From Eledone cirrhosa (lineage: Eukaryota): 64,000 nucleotides of DNA. The translations under genes and the position numbers were made by a program. The notes beneath the pieces are model-generated. The model was given only the letters and a program-made list of their open reading frames with translations, was not told where the DNA came from and did no database searches. Shown piece by piece: positions 25,531-43,154 of the stretch. The DNA lies in NCBI GenBank assembly GCA_964016885.1, contig OZ024740.1:209932001-209996000 (forward strand), in the 5' to 3' direction. Numbering within the stretch: position 1 is the first letter of the stretch; the number at the start of each line of letters is the position of its first letter.

Positions 25531-26018
25531 GAAGGAGAGAGATAGAGACAGCGTGAGAGCGTGAGCAACTGCAGTTCATAAATATAAAAATAAATTTTTA
25601 AATCTAAATTTAAATTAATGAATGGAAGAAACCGGAAACAGAGATATAGAAACACGATGTAAATGTCTGTTTACAAATATACGGAGTTATTGTAATATCA
25701 GCATATCATACAAGAAACAACGAAATCGGGTCAAATACAGATAAGATTATACAAAATCAAACAAGATTATATCAAATTAAATTATGTTACTCAGAAATAT
25801 CAAAATTAATACAAAATTACTTAAGCTAAATCAAAATGCTCTGTATGGTAGACAAACAAAAATAGAAAGCACGTGTGTGTGTTGTCTCCTATGAATGAAT
25901 CATACAGTGAAAATAAACATGTTCAAAACGGTAATATATGTAAAATATACTTCAAAATAATTGCGTCAAAGCACAAAAACTTATCTTTTTTGTATGTTTT
26001 CCTTGTCCTCTGAAGAAT

Positions 26019-30465
<4,447 letters not shown>

Positions 30466-30952
30466 TGAAAGATTACTAAATACTGGGCAGCGATTGATAT
30501 TAGTTAGACGTAGCAAGGGCTCTGTGTATGGCGAGGACAGAAGTAGACTTTTTAAATAACTATATATATATAAATATATATTAGGTATTATAATTCGGTT
30601 CTTCCTAGTTAGACGTTCAAACGATGTAATAGTATAGGGTTTGTTTTCTCATAGTTCTGACTTATAATGATGTAGTGAGAGACAGTAGATTGTAAACAAA
30701 TATATAAAGAAAAACACACACATTATATATATATATACACACACACATATATATATATATACACACATATATATATACATATATATATGGCATACGTCAA
30801 GACGGGCACACATATATATATATATAAAGAAATCCATACAATTGCGTGTGTATCGTAAATTACACTATTGAGACCTGTTGTAAAAAACAAAAAAAAAACA
30901 AATTCACAGTGTCAAAAATTACTTTCACTTTCCAGACCGCCCGTCTTGACGT

Positions 30953-31003
<51 letters not shown>

Positions 31004-31004
<1 letters not shown>

Positions 31005-31284
31005 TTATTATACTTTGGGAGGGTCATGTTGCCAATAAGAAACACACGTACCAGTTGTTTCACTTCAATTTATTATAATAAATTTAGGAATTTATAAATT
31101 TCCGGTTGGTTGGTTGGTTCCACAACCAGATGGTTGTTTATATATTGTCAAAGTTCTTTCGTCACACATTCTGTAACCTCTTCAGTGACTGGGGATTCTT
31201 TTCTTTGTTTTTTGTGTCTCTCCTTTGTTCTGTCCTACGCCATCTTGTTTTTGTGTGTGTGTTGAACACACACACAAAAACAAG

Positions 31285-31287
<3 letters not shown>
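31004..31287 (-). mobile_element. Third copy of the same PLE pseudo-LTR, with hammerhead at 31146-31190
   Basis: High identity to the pLTR at 17881-18110. Core CUGAAGA/GAAA is intact and the triplet is CUU. It ends in a fold-back (31243-31261 vs 31269-31287). Confidence 0.85.
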
Positions 31288-31339
<52 letters not shown>

Positions 31340-31340
<1 letters not shown>

Positions 31341-31926
31341 GGTGGCTCCCAACTCGTTTTTGAGTACGGCCACTACTTTATATGTAGGGGAACCCCTACT
31401 GATGCGCTGAACGAGTGTGACTTTTTAGTCCAGCCAGCGACTTGAAAACTCTGGTACAAACACTACACTTGTGACAATTATTGACACATAGTGCTGGGCC
31501 CATGGTACCATGTGACGACAAGTGCAGAGAGATCTCCAGATATAAAGCAATGCCTGTGCCGTGAAGCTTTTATAGTGAGCAAAGGCACTGCACAAAGCCA
31601 GTCCCACTCTCTTAACCAAGATGATATTTACCAAAAAAAAGAATAAGTCAACATCATTGGATACCATCAGAGTTGCAGGTGTTATATCATAGTTTTCCTT
31701 CTCCTAGAATTCTGCCTTGACAAAGGCTAAGGGGTCATCTCTCCTGGTAATTTTGGATGGCCATTGACTCTTAAGAGCTCCTTTACCCTTTGACAGGTTT
31801 TGTTTTTAGTCCTGCAGGATGTCCAAACTCACCCTCCTCACCAAGAAACCTTGGTGGGGTTGCCAGTTTAGTCGCCAATGACCCGACCATGGGACAGGTT
31901 GTACTGGGATACATGTTACCAGTAGC
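31340..31926 (-). mobile_element. Probable 5' region of an RTE-clade LINE
   Basis: The minus strand contains CTAGGAGAAGGAAAACT, a motif I recall from RTE 5' UTRs; it is a GC-balanced island between microsatellites with no intact ORF. Confidence 0.45.
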
Positions 31927-31957
31927 ATATATATATACATACATATATATATATATA

Positions 31958-33140
31958 AGAGAGTATTGAAGTTTGCTTGAAGCATTGTGGAATAATAAGT
32001 AAATATCTATAAGTTGTTTGGAAGCCTTGACAATGCAAATGGGTAAATCTCCGGGTAACAAGATCCGGTGGTGGAGAGAGAGATGTAAGTGGGTGTACGT
32101 TGAGATGCGTGGTGTGTATAAGATGTGTAAGATGTGTAGAATGAAGGGAAGAGTATAAAGGATAAAATAAAAATAACAACACAAGAGAGAGTTACCTTGG
32201 GAGAGATTTAATAGTCCCTATATATTTCGGATTTACTGGGTTTTTTTTCCGGGGTGGGAAAAAGGTTGTCTGTCGGACAGGTGCGAAACGCGTCCTCCGC
32301 TGTTTGTTGTTTTGAAAATCTGAGGAATTCGGCAGAGCGCGCGTGCGCGTGAAATGGGGTCGGTCGGGCAGAGGTCAGCGGCCGAATGAGGGAGTGGGAT
32401 GGCGCTAGCTGTCAGTCCATTCTCTGCCTGTTTGTTAAATGTTACTGTGTGTGTGTGTGCGTGTGTTGTTGTCTCACTTGAGTGTGTGTGTGTGTGCGTG
32501 TGTTGTTGCCTTGTTCCTCTGTATTGGCAGTGTAGTATGTTCGTATGGTGGAATGCTACTGTGTGTGTGTGCATGTGTGTGTAGTTGTCTCGTTTGTGTG
32601 TGTGTGTGCGTGTGTTGTGTGTTGCTGCATCGTTTGTTAACTTAAACCAGCCATCTCATTTCGCTTCTCTCTGATCGATTGTTTATTTGCGGTTGCAGGC
32701 GTTTGATAAAAAGCGCTTCCTTGATACGTAACGTGCCAACGTTTCTTTCAGTCACTAGAATTGTGACAATGGGCCTTCCGTCTTTGTTTCCGCATTTGTC
32801 TATGTGTTTCCGGAAAGACGAGGCCCTGGTTTTAGTGTGTTCCTTGATCCGGATGTGCAAAGGTCGGATTGTGCTACCTATGTAGTATTGGTTGCACCTG
32901 TCACATTCTATCTTATACACGATGTATGTGCGTAGGCAACAGTTCGCATGGCGTATCGGGCAGTCTCTGAGGGAACATGCGTCAGTAGATTTCTCGGGTT
33001 TCCTGGAGAGGCATCTTCGCAGGGAGGGGCTCGAGTGGGCCAGGTGGATGTCGAGGCCCTCCCTCCATATAGCCTTGCGGGTAGCGTTGGTGGTATTCTC
33101 GCCCATACAAATTTGAATAAAACTGTGATCTTTTAAGGTT
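31958..33140 (-). mobile_element. 5'-truncated Penelope-like element, second family
   Basis: GIY-YIG ORF end followed by a CA-rich 3' region that runs into (TA)n at about 31958. Confidence 0.75.
32642..33106 (-). pseudogene. PLE GIY-YIG endonuclease C-terminal fragment
   Basis: CSLRDCPI...CLRTYIVYKIECDRCNQYYIGSTIRPLHIRIKEH...LRIKEALFIKRLQPQIN. Confidence 0.9.
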
Positions 33141-33186
33141 CAGTATTGCATGTCTTTAACGACTGTAACTAGTTTTTTATTTATTT

Positions 33187-33620
33187 ATCATCATCATCAT
33201 CATCATTTAACGTCCATCTTCCATGCCAGCATGGGTTACACGGTTTTGTTCCACTTGATGCGGGATTGGTCAGGAGACCGTGTCTTGCTCATACAGAACT
33301 GTCTCTGGCAACTTTTCTACAGCTGGATGCCCTTCCTAACACCAACCACATTTACAGTGTGGACTGGAGCCTTTTTACCGTGTCTCCTACACGTCCACTT
33401 TACATTGTGGACTGGGTGTTTTTTGTCATGTCACAGTGGACGGAAATGGGAGGATGGGGTAGAGTGTGTGGGGGTGTATATTGGGTTAAGAGGTGTCTAC
33501 TCACTGTAGGTTTAAGTTTGTATGCAAGAGAAGGCGGGTCTTCTGTATAACTGCATAGCGCCAAAGATCTCGATCCAGTGATATTGTCTTAGAGAGGTGT
33601 AAGTGAACGAGGTCAGTTTT
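33187..33620 (-). mobile_element. RTE-type 3' UTR repeat with (GAT)n tail (family B)
   Basis: Plus strand shows (CAT)n-TTAACGTCCATCTTCCATGC...TTCTACAGCTGGATGCCCTTCCTAACACCAACC; the same block is joined to RTE coding sequence at 37275-37990. Confidence 0.75.
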
Positions 33621-34200
33621 TATATTATTTTTCTCTGCATACATTGATATGTACAAAAATATATAAGATCACGTGGGGAAAATATAATAAATCTCTAATT
33701 TTACAAATTTAAAGGTATGTGTAATTTAGATTGTGGTGTTTGTATTTTGTGTATGAGGAGGTTCCCACTCTTATTTTTATGCTGTTGTTTGACCTGGTAA
33801 AAATAACAGTCAAATTACACCCTTTTTAAAAAGTAAAGGATACAATAAATAATTTAGTCATGGTTACACTATCTAAAAAAAAATGAAGAGAGGGTTATGG
33901 CTGGAAAGCCTAAATATGGGTCTAAATACCAACCCCCATCTATCTATACCATGTATGGAGTCACATATAACTTTTTAGGCTTTCTTTAATAAACCTTAGA
34001 TGCTCTGAATATATTTTATTTTATATTATTAAATCGTGTATTAAAATAAGTTGATACCCAGACAATGAAGCAATTTTATATAGGATTCAAAGAAAAAATC
34101 AGTAAGAAAAATTTCTGTTAAATTCATGCTTTCTTGTATATATTTTTTCAAATAATAAACTATACTGCTCTGAAAGTAACAATTTATTATTATCATTATT

Positions 34201-34636
34201 GGCAGTTTCGGTAGAGTGTCACACCATGTTTTGCAGCACAGAGTTATGGCCCTTTACATTCTGAGTTCTAATCCTGCCGAGGTTATCTTTGCCTTTCATC
34301 CTTACAGAGTTGATAAAATAAAGTACCAGTAATGCACTGGGGTTGATTTAATCAACTCATCTGCGCCCCCCCCCCCCCCCTACAAATTGCTGGCCTTGTG
34401 CCTAAAGTAGAAACGATTATTATTATTATTATTATGGCAGTGTTGGTAAAGCATCAGACAACATGCTTTGCAGTATATAGTTATATCCCTTTACATTCTG
34501 AGTTCAAATCCCACCGAGGTTAGCTATGCCTTTCACCCTTAAGGGGTGGATAAAATAAAGTACTGGTGTTGATTTCATTGACTTTCCCTTCCCCCAAAAA
34601 TTATTGGTTTTGTGGCTAAATCAGAAACCATTATTA
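34201..34636 (+). mobile_element. Two tandem SINE A copies (long-tail variant)
   Basis: B box and core, plus an extra GGGGTTGATTTAATCAACT...CCCCC segment. Confidence 0.85.
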
Positions 34637-34901
34637 TTTTAACTTAAAAATGGATTTTCAGATTGACAAGGTTCCCTACCCCTGATCTATATACACATGT
34701 ATGTGAGTATGCACTCATAGATGAATGTTTTCTTAAGGAGGAGTGGAGATGGTGCTACCTATGTATATATGAAGGATTTTCAAAAACATTAACAATCTTA
34801 TTGAGGGGAAATGCTTTCTTCTGAACATTGAAACCATATTGCAGTCTCTGATGAAAACATATATCTTGCTTTACAACTGTTGCTACTACGGAGGACACCA
34901 T

Positions 34902-35240
34902 TATTATTACTGGCTTTAGGCACAAGGCCAATAATTTGTGGGGAGGGTAAAGTCGATTATATTGACTCCAGTATGTAACTGGTACTTTATTTATTGACCC
35001 AGCAAGGATGGAAGGGCAAAGTTGTTCAAATCCTGCCAAGAACAACTTTGCCTTTCATTCTTGCTGGGTTGATTAAATAAAAGGATGAAAGGCAAAGATG
35101 TCCTCGGCAGGATTTGAACAATTTTGCTTTCCATCCTTGCTGGGTCAATAAAATAAAGTACCAGTCACACACAAGGGTTGATATAATTGTCTTTCCCCTG
35201 CCAACAAATTGTTGACCTTGCATCTAAATTAGAAACTATT
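34902..35240. mobile_element. SINE A fragments in alternating orientation forming a palindrome
   Basis: Core segments read -,+,-,+ between 34980 and 35165, with outward-facing tails. Confidence 0.75.
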
Positions 35241-35623
35241 ATCATTAGAGGTTTTTGTTGATAGTATAACTAGGAGTCAAGTATTGAGTCCAGCATTCAA
35301 TTGCAGCCCTTTAAAAGAAAAGAAAAATTTCTAGCATTGGCATAAAGTCAGTAATTTTATTGTCTGATATGATAAAATGTTGTCAACACTTGAACTCAGA
35401 ACATTAAGGTATCTAACTACATACTACAAGAATGTTTGTCTGGCTCTCTACCAATACTGCTATCCATCACTCTCAAGTAATTCTTTTGTTCAGAGAATGA
35501 ATTACTTTTATTTTCTCCAGATAGCTTTTTGATGCTTTCATCATAAAATATATCATCATTAACTTAACGATTCATTTAAATCAGGGGTGTGCAACATATT
35601 CCATTGGCGGGCCACTTTTGAAC

Positions 35624-35656
<33 letters not shown>

Positions 35657-36029
35657 GGAGCGAGAGGGAGGGATATATATCTATATATATATATATATAC
35701 GTCTAACCCATGGTAGCATGGAAAGTGGACGTTGAACGATGATGATGATGATGATGCTAGGTATACCAGCATTTTATCTTTTCAGGAATCCCCCCTCCAC
35801 TCCAGTGCAAAGATACCGCACGTCATCTCAAGTTAGGGGGCGAGGGGGGTTAACGTGTTCTGATGTTGGGTTTGAATAGTTTTTAGGATTCCCCAGTTCA
35901 GCAGCCAGTACGTTAAAGAAAATTGATAGTTACAACAATAAAGGCTGAACAGAGAACACATTTTGTAACTAACTTTACAATAATTTGTACAACCATAATG
36001 GAAATTCCAAGTAACAGAAAATACATAAA

Positions 36030-36202
36030 TTACATTGTTAGAGCCTCAGAGTATACAATAATTTTTGTTTAGCCCTTGGGAGCGAAGATGAAGAGATTGC
36101 TTGGTGAACTCACCCTACAGCATCCTACATACAATTGACCATGGGAGAAGCATGGTTTTCCCAGATGAAGGCCAGCCACTTTTAGGGTTTGCCCTGAGCT
36201 TC
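36030..36202 (-). pseudogene. Helitron PIF1-type helicase C-terminal relic
   Basis: Minus strand reads AQG(frameshift)TLKVAGLHLGKPCFSHGQLYVGCCRVSSPSNLFIFAPKG*...NIVYSEALTM*, matching the RepHel motifs QGQTL, FSHGQLYVA.SRV and NIVY.E.L. Not in the ORF track. Confidence 0.85.
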
Positions 36203-36370
36203 ATGTACATTTTTTCTTCTGGAAAATCTGATCTTGCAGCCAGGCTGGGACTTTTTGGGTGGCATATCAGCAGTAACAATGACGATAAGCCATCTGTGCT
36301 TTCATGAAATAAATACGTTTGTTTATATTTTGTTTTTGTGTACACAAATATATAATTATATATATATATA

Positions 36371-36680
36371 TATTAAAATAACAGATTAAAGTTTAAGCAA
36401 AGAATCGCTGCTTTCACCCTTAACGGGATCTTCTGAAACTAAAAATATCAATCTGTGAACACAGAAGTAAATATTTCGAAAAACATTGCAACCGAAAGAA
36501 AACAGGATGACGATACTTTGGTTCGTGAAGACGTTCCCTGGCAATGAACGGAGAAAAGCAAAGATAATACGTCAGCAATGAGAACAATATTTGCTCTAGG
36601 GTTCTTATATATTTGATATATATTTATCCTTATCGAACTCTCTTTGGATTTTAGTCTTCACATTTATTATTATTATTAAT
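36371..36680 (-). mobile_element. Dispersed TA-embedded element (probable PLE pseudo-LTR) with degenerate hammerhead
   Basis: Homologous to 12048-12200. Minus strand has CAGAAGA u CCC guuaa GGG u GAAA GCAGC (core U>A). Flanked by TA runs. Confidence 0.5.
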
Positions 36681-37165
36681 TATATATATATATATATATA
36701 ATTAATTATTGAGAGGGTGTGCGGTATCTTTGCACTGAATTAATTAAAAGTTGGTTAAAAGCGAAGTCAAATTATACAGGCAGCCAGACAGACAGATATT
36801 ATAAGCGTGCAACGTTATAGCTATGTATTTAATGCAGACAGCCAGACATACAGAGACATATTACAAGGGCGCGATGTTAGAGCTATGTATCTATCTAAAA
36901 AGACAGACTAAGAAAGAGAGAGGAATGTTGTATAACCGGAAGTGTTGACATTTGAAATTTTAAAGAAGTGAAAATTTAAATAATGTCTTTAATCTTTTAA
37001 CAAAATTCAGTAGACAAAAATACCCTCACTTTCTTGGGAAAAGTTACATCTATGGTGCAAATTTGGTGCTGTTTGATCCAGCCATTTGGCAAAGAGTTTG
37101 TTACATACATATGACCATCAGCTTTATAATATACATATATATATATATACACATATATATATTTA

Positions 37166-37203
<38 letters not shown>

Positions 37204-37258
37204 TATATACATATATAAATATATATATATATATACATATATATATACATATATATAC

Positions 37259-37274
<16 letters not shown>

Positions 37275-37296
<22 letters not shown>

Positions 37297-37990
37297 CATC
37301 ATCATGATCATCACCGTTTTACGTCCGTTATTCCACGCTAGCATGGGATAGACGGGTTGTCCTGTTGTGAGCAGCGTCTGGTCGGCTGACCATGCCTTGC
37401 TCATACAGGAACTGATTTTGGCTTTATTTCTACAGCTGGATGCCCTTCCTAACACCAACCTCATTTACAGTGAGTGCTGGGTGCTTTTTTCCGTCGCGCC
37501 TACACGTCCACCTTACAGTGTGGGCTGGGTGCTTTTTTTCCATGTCGCCTACACGACCACCTTGCAGTGGGAGGGTGTGGGGCATATTGTCTATATGCTT
37601 CAGCTTGTACCCATGGGAGGTCGGGTACTCTGTATTACTGCATGACGCCAGAGGTCACGGTCGTGTGTCATCGCCTTCGAGAGGTGTAATTGGTTAAGGT
37701 CGGCTTTTATCACCTCATCCCAGGTCTTCTTGGGTCTCTCCACTCCGCGGTTTCCATTGACTTATAGTGCTCTACACCTTTTTATGCAGCTGTCATCCTT
37801 CATATGCATCACATGTCCATACCAATGCAACCGCCTCTCCTGCACACAGCATTTGATTCCTCTTATGCTCAGTCTCTCTCTCAATTCATTTATGCTTTGC
37901 CGTTTGCGTATATTACTATTACACATCCATCGGAGCATGCAGGCTTCGTTTCTTTCTAATCTATGTATGTCTTCCACCTTCAGCGCCCAT
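37275..37990 (-). mobile_element. 5'-truncated RTE-clade LINE
   Basis: [23 protein letters not shown]...[10 protein letters not shown]...[12 protein letters not shown], then the family-B 3' UTR and (GAT)n tail; both ends lie in (TA)n. Confidence 0.85.
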
Positions 37991-38004
37991 ATATATATAT
38001 ATAC

Positions 38005-38097
<93 letters not shown>

Positions 38098-38098
38098 C

Positions 38099-38145
<47 letters not shown>

Positions 38146-38146
38146 C

Positions 38147-38241
<95 letters not shown>

Positions 38242-38649
38242 CATATATATATATACATACAATTAGATTAACAAACCTGTTTTGGGATATTTTCTGCTAA
38301 ATCATTACAGTATGTTAAGAGTTAATTTATTTAATGGAGCATGTAGTAGATTGAAATTATAAATATATATGGGTCTCAATTATAAGAACAGCTCATTTTT
38401 AATAATATAGAAAGCCCTTTCATTAGCAAACTGCCTGAAAATGCCATGGTTCTCTGATACTAAGCTGTTTTTACAGTTTTATTTATCTTTAAGAATTTTA
38501 TGTAAATCCATAAGAATTTTATGTAAATCCTTCCAAATTCTTGATTTTCTAAATGATTTGAAAATCATTGTCAATGTCTTTCATGAGAATTATGGTAATA
38601 GAATGGTTAATTTATTTAATGGAGTTTATTTCAAATACACATAAATCTA

Positions 38650-39005
38650 AAACCATGCTTTGTTGGATGTGCAATGTAAATGTGAGAGAACAGTAGAGCT
38701 TGGATGATCTGAGAGATAAACTGGGTTTATGAGGAATCCAAGGTGGTGTGCAAGAGAGAAGACTGTGTTGGTACATATATGTGATGCACGTGGAAGAAGA
38801 AGTGCCAGGAAATTCCAGTAGAAGGAAACAGCAGAAAGGTAGACCAAGGAAGACCTTTCAGAGGTGGTGAGAGCTGATCTCAATTCGCTGAGACCACAGA
38901 GGAGATGATGAAGGAAATATGACAAGTGGAGAGATGCTGTGCTGAAAAGGACCTGTCCAACCCATGCAAGTGTGAAAAAACGCACATAAAAACAATGATG
39001 ATGAT
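38650..39005 (+). mobile_element. Decayed RTE 3' fragment
   Basis: Degenerate homologue of the coding block at 37730-37990, ending CCAACCCATGCAAGTGTGAAAAAACG...(ATG)n. Confidence 0.65.
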
Positions 39006-39367
39006 TAAAAATATGACATTTTTAATAGTAATGAGAGGGTTAAGACTAATCCTTAGATATATTAAGTCTACATTTACAGTGTTATTTTGGAGTGAGAAAT
39101 CAACATGAAGATAAAAGAAGTTATTGGTTACAGGATATATGAAAAGGTTATAACAATAATATAAAAATTGTATTATGAAGAATCCTTTGTATTGAGTAAG
39201 TGGTCTGGGTTTTTGTAAATAAAAATAGAGATGTTTTATATAAATCATATTGTAAGGTTAAAGACGATGAAAATATTAATAAGAACTCCGGCTCTTATGA
39301 TATGAATTCAAACTATAATACACTGTCATGGTTTTGCTATCCTAACGCTATTATAATATTACATATG

Positions 39368-39582
39368 GCGGTAAATTGGCAGTATTGGTGGAGCGTCGGA
39401 CATTTGATGGCATGGAGTTACGACCCTTTACGATCTGAGTTCAAATACTGCCTAGATTAGCTTTACCTTTCATCCTTATGGGGGTCTGTGAAATAAAGTA
39501 CCAGTAAAGCACTGGGGTCGATTTAATCAACTTTCCCCTTCCCTAAGATTATTGGCCTTGTGCCTAAATCAGAAACCAATAT
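39368..39582 (+). mobile_element. SINE A
   Basis: A box, B box, core and tail. Confidence 0.85.
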
Positions 39583-40534
39583 TACATAAATGCCAGACTT
39601 CCAATTTATTGAAGGAGTTTAGGTGAGATTGTGTGATATTCATGCCTTATTTCAAAGATAATTACAATATAAATAAAAGGAAATTAAAAGAAATAAGAAT
39701 CAAAGCTAACATATGGATTAATCTATAGCAAAGCATGAAAACCTTGCCCCAGATATAACATGGTAAACAAATTAAAAAGAGATTAATTTATGAGTCAAGT
39801 TATCTTAATTAGCAAATACAAAAAATAGATGAAGGCATTACAAAACAACAACAAAAAACTCCTAATTAAAGCAACAATTAGACATACTCTCCTCAGTGAC
39901 CTGTGAGTAAACATAAATAATCTAATGACCTGTGTTAATTGGGTCACACTTTAAATTGACATGACAAATTAAGGTAATGGTAGATAATAATGGTAATGGT
40001 AGCTTTGCTAGCTTTCGTCTGCTAACAGTAGAGCTAGAAGCTATGACTATTGTTACGGTTCCCATTGTGGGTTCCAAAATTCTAGGATTCTGCTAAATAA
40101 GGTCATTATCATCATCATCATCATTTTAAGTCCACATTTCTATGCTTGCTTGTGTTGGATGAAAACTTGCATTTTCATGCGGGCATTTGAACCGGATCAA
40201 CTTATCAAAGATTGGGTTGGGAGGACTCTTTAGCTGTGTCATAGTCATGACAACTTCCCTACTGTAATGCACTCATTACACACCATGAAGTTGTTGGGGA
40301 TAGAAAGGGTATCTAGTCATAAAAAAACCCTGCCAAACAAAGGATCAGCCAACAGACTCTGCAGCTACGTCAAAGACATGACAACTTTCCTAGTGTTAGC
40401 CCATCTGAAAGTCAGAGGTTCTGCTTGAGCACTGACAAGTCTGTGACAACATATCCAACCCTTGCTAGCAGGGAAAATGGATATAAAATGATGATGAATT
40501 TAATGGTAATTTTGATGACGATGGTGAGGATAAA

Positions 40535-41577
40535 TCTATATACATAAATGGCAATTTCTGTCTGTTTGTTTGTGAACCTAAAACTCAAAAACTACCAAAC
40601 AGATCTTGATGAAACTTGACACGTGTGTGGAGCTCATACCCATTTGATTTCTTACATATATTTCATTTTAATCAAAGGGTTCCCTGGGGGTTCAAACCAC
40701 TGCTGAAAATTTTTTCCCTTTTAAATTTAAACCATGGGTAAATGACAAGATATGATGCCTATTCACAAAATTTCAACAAATTTCAATAATATTATGATAC
40801 CCTAATGGGGGTTAAACCCCCCTATCTATAGTGAACATTTTGGCCAATAAATGGAACAATATTTCACAAACTTCTCCTATGGTTTTGGAGATAGACCCCC
40901 ATAACCATATATATTCTGAAACTACATTGCCCAGGGTACTTGGATAAGTATATTTCATTTTAATCAAAAGATTCCCCGGGGGCACAAAACCCCCGCTGAA
41001 AATCTTTTCCCTTCCATTTATATGAAATTTAAACCATAGGTAAATGACATGATATGATGCCTATTCACAAAATTTCAGCAAATTTCAATAATATTAAGAC
41101 ACCTTAATAGGGATTCTATTTTTTTCCTTATAGCAACACTCAACTTCTCTGACAAACATTTTTTCGCCTGACCAATGCAATCAACAATATTTGTTTGTAT
41201 TATTGTTTCATAAATGAGGGTGGTGGATTGGCAGTATCGGTAGAGGGTCGGATGCCATGCTTTGCAGCACAGAGTTACGGCCTTTTATGATCTGAGTTCA
41301 AATCCCGCCGAGGTTAACTTTGCCTTTCATCCTTACGGAGTCAATAAAATAAAGTACCAGTCACACACTGGGGTCGATTTAATCGACTTTCCCCTCCCCC
41401 AAAATTGCTGGCCTTGTGCCTATATAAGAAACCATTATTGTTTTGTAAATGAATTTGTCTTCACTTTTGATTATCTGTCCTATATTTTGATTTCATTTTT
41501 GGTCTGAGAGGCATTGGGCATTTTAATGGGAACTGGGAATAGCCCCGCTCCCGGGTATTACCGGGTACCTCAGCTAG
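40535..41577 (+). mobile_element. Non-autonomous Helitron with nested SINE A (41218-41438)
   Basis: 5' A|TCTATATACATAAATGG; 3' hairpin CCCGG-GTATTA-CCGGG followed by CTAG|T. Internal direct repeat of about 150 bp (near 40657 and 40949). The SINE is flanked by imperfect TSD ATTGTTTCATAAATGA / ATTGTTTTGTAAATGA. Confidence 0.8.
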
Positions 41578-42544
41578 TAGTAAATAAATATTTTTCTCTG
41601 AGGTATAAGTGATTAGGACTTATCTTCAATTATTGATTCTGGTTGTACTCCAAGTTGCTAGAAACTAACATAAGTAGGCGAAGAAGATTTAAATCATCAT
41701 CATCATCATTATCATTATCATATTTAGAAAAGCACTGATTATTGAAAATATTTTCCTGTAAACATTCGCTTTTGTAAGATTTAATCTTTTGACTCAAACC
41801 ATGACTTGACAACTTATTTATGCAATCATATTGACACAGGAGAAAATTTAATAATACTACAATAACTATGAGTGAATGTTTATACAGACACACATATCTA
41901 TGTTTCATTGTGTAATTCTCTTCAAATATTTAGTTTTCATGGAACAGTAGCTCATTTATCTATTTGAAACAGCATGTTTTTACTGTTTTACTATGAAATC
42001 ATGCATTATTTGTTTTCAAAGTTTACCAGTAGAAGTGGGCTGAGGACGTTGTGCCAATTTGCTTGGAAAGATATTTAAGTTTTTACAACAAACAATGTTA
42101 ACCTTCTTAAGTTGTTTAGTTTTGATACTAACAGTTATGGTTGTTACATAAAGTTATTGTTCCTAATGTGGATTAAGCTGTACTGTCTCAAATCTAAACA
42201 TTAAGATTTTTTTTAATGTTTGTGCTTCTTTTAATCCTTTTTAATAAAAAGCACTGCTATATGATTTTGAACCCTTTCATTACTAGATTTCTAATGAAAT
42301 ACATTACCCATAGGTTTCAAGTAATTTTTTAAAATAATCAAACATTAGTTTACCATAAGTAACATAATTTAAAAAAATTCTAACACAAAATTATGATGGA
42401 AAGTTATAATATAAAATTATAAAATATGTAGTTTTTTTATCATAAACCCAGGGTGGTTTTAGGCAATATTGTATCAAAAGCATTAAAGACCATTAGTATA
42501 ACACTATAAGAAACAAGCCTCCAGCCGGCGCCTTTTTGCATATA

Positions 42545-42869
42545 CAATGGAACCTCATTCCTGAAGGCTGTTCATCATCCAAAATGTTTGTAAAAGTGAA
42601 ACTATTTTTCCCATATGAAATGTTGGGAGAGAAATAGTGAGAGAGAGACTGTGTGTGAAAGACAGATAGATATCACCATAGAAACTAACTACACAGCAAG
42701 TGACGCTTTCTCGCTGATATTCCCAGCTTGTCATCAAATGTTGTTGCTGACTTGCAAGTTCGTTACTCAAGACACCGTTTGTCAACCAAGACATTTCATG
42801 TTTAGAAAAATTGTTCCTGAACCGATTTGTTCACGATGTGAGGCATTCATAAACCGAGGAGTTCCACTG
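42545..42869. mobile_element. Tigger/pogo-like MITE
   Basis: TA|CAATGGAACCTC ... GAGGAGTTCCACTG|TA: imperfect TIRs and TA TSD. Confidence 0.6.
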
Positions 42870-43154
42870 TATAAGTTTGCATCACCTAATATGTAATTTC
42901 CTAATTTAAGATAATAGAGTGTGATTTGAAGGGAAATCAGCAAATCCTACTGAGGCCAACTTTGCTTTTTATCTTTCCAGGGTCAATAAAATAAAGTCAA
43001 GTACTGGGACTGATTTAACCAACTTTACCTTCCCCCACCCACACCTAAAATTATGGGCTTCGTGTCTAAATTAAAGATTATTTCAGTGAGGTGGTTGGTC
43101 TAAGAGACAATGTGAGGTATGAGTTAATTTTGTTTCATTATTTCAATGTACTGG

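Larger units (their letters stand above)
21221..26018 (-). mobile_element. Near full-length LINE (CR1/L2/Proto2-like group; clade not resolved) inserted in (TA)n
   Basis: Has ORF1 and ORF2 (APE + RT) and a short 3' UTR ending in (GTAAAAGA)2 GTA. The leader is (CT)n-rich. The 5' boundary is taken at the next microsatellite and is uncertain (25570-26018). Confidence 0.9.

Noticed and set aside
25208-25579. N-terminal 124 aa of the 440-aa ORF
   Set aside because: S/L-rich translation of a (CT)n leader; the credible ORF1 start is the ATG at 25207.
32215-32295. Hammerhead-like pieces in the second PLE (minus strand CCGAAATATATAGGG; plus strand CGAAACGCGTC)
   Set aside because: No intact CUGANGA box or stem II in either orientation; at best degenerate.
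36115-36345. 76-aa ORF as a host exon
   Set aside because: The meaningful reading is in another frame (Helitron helicase motifs with a stop and a frameshift).
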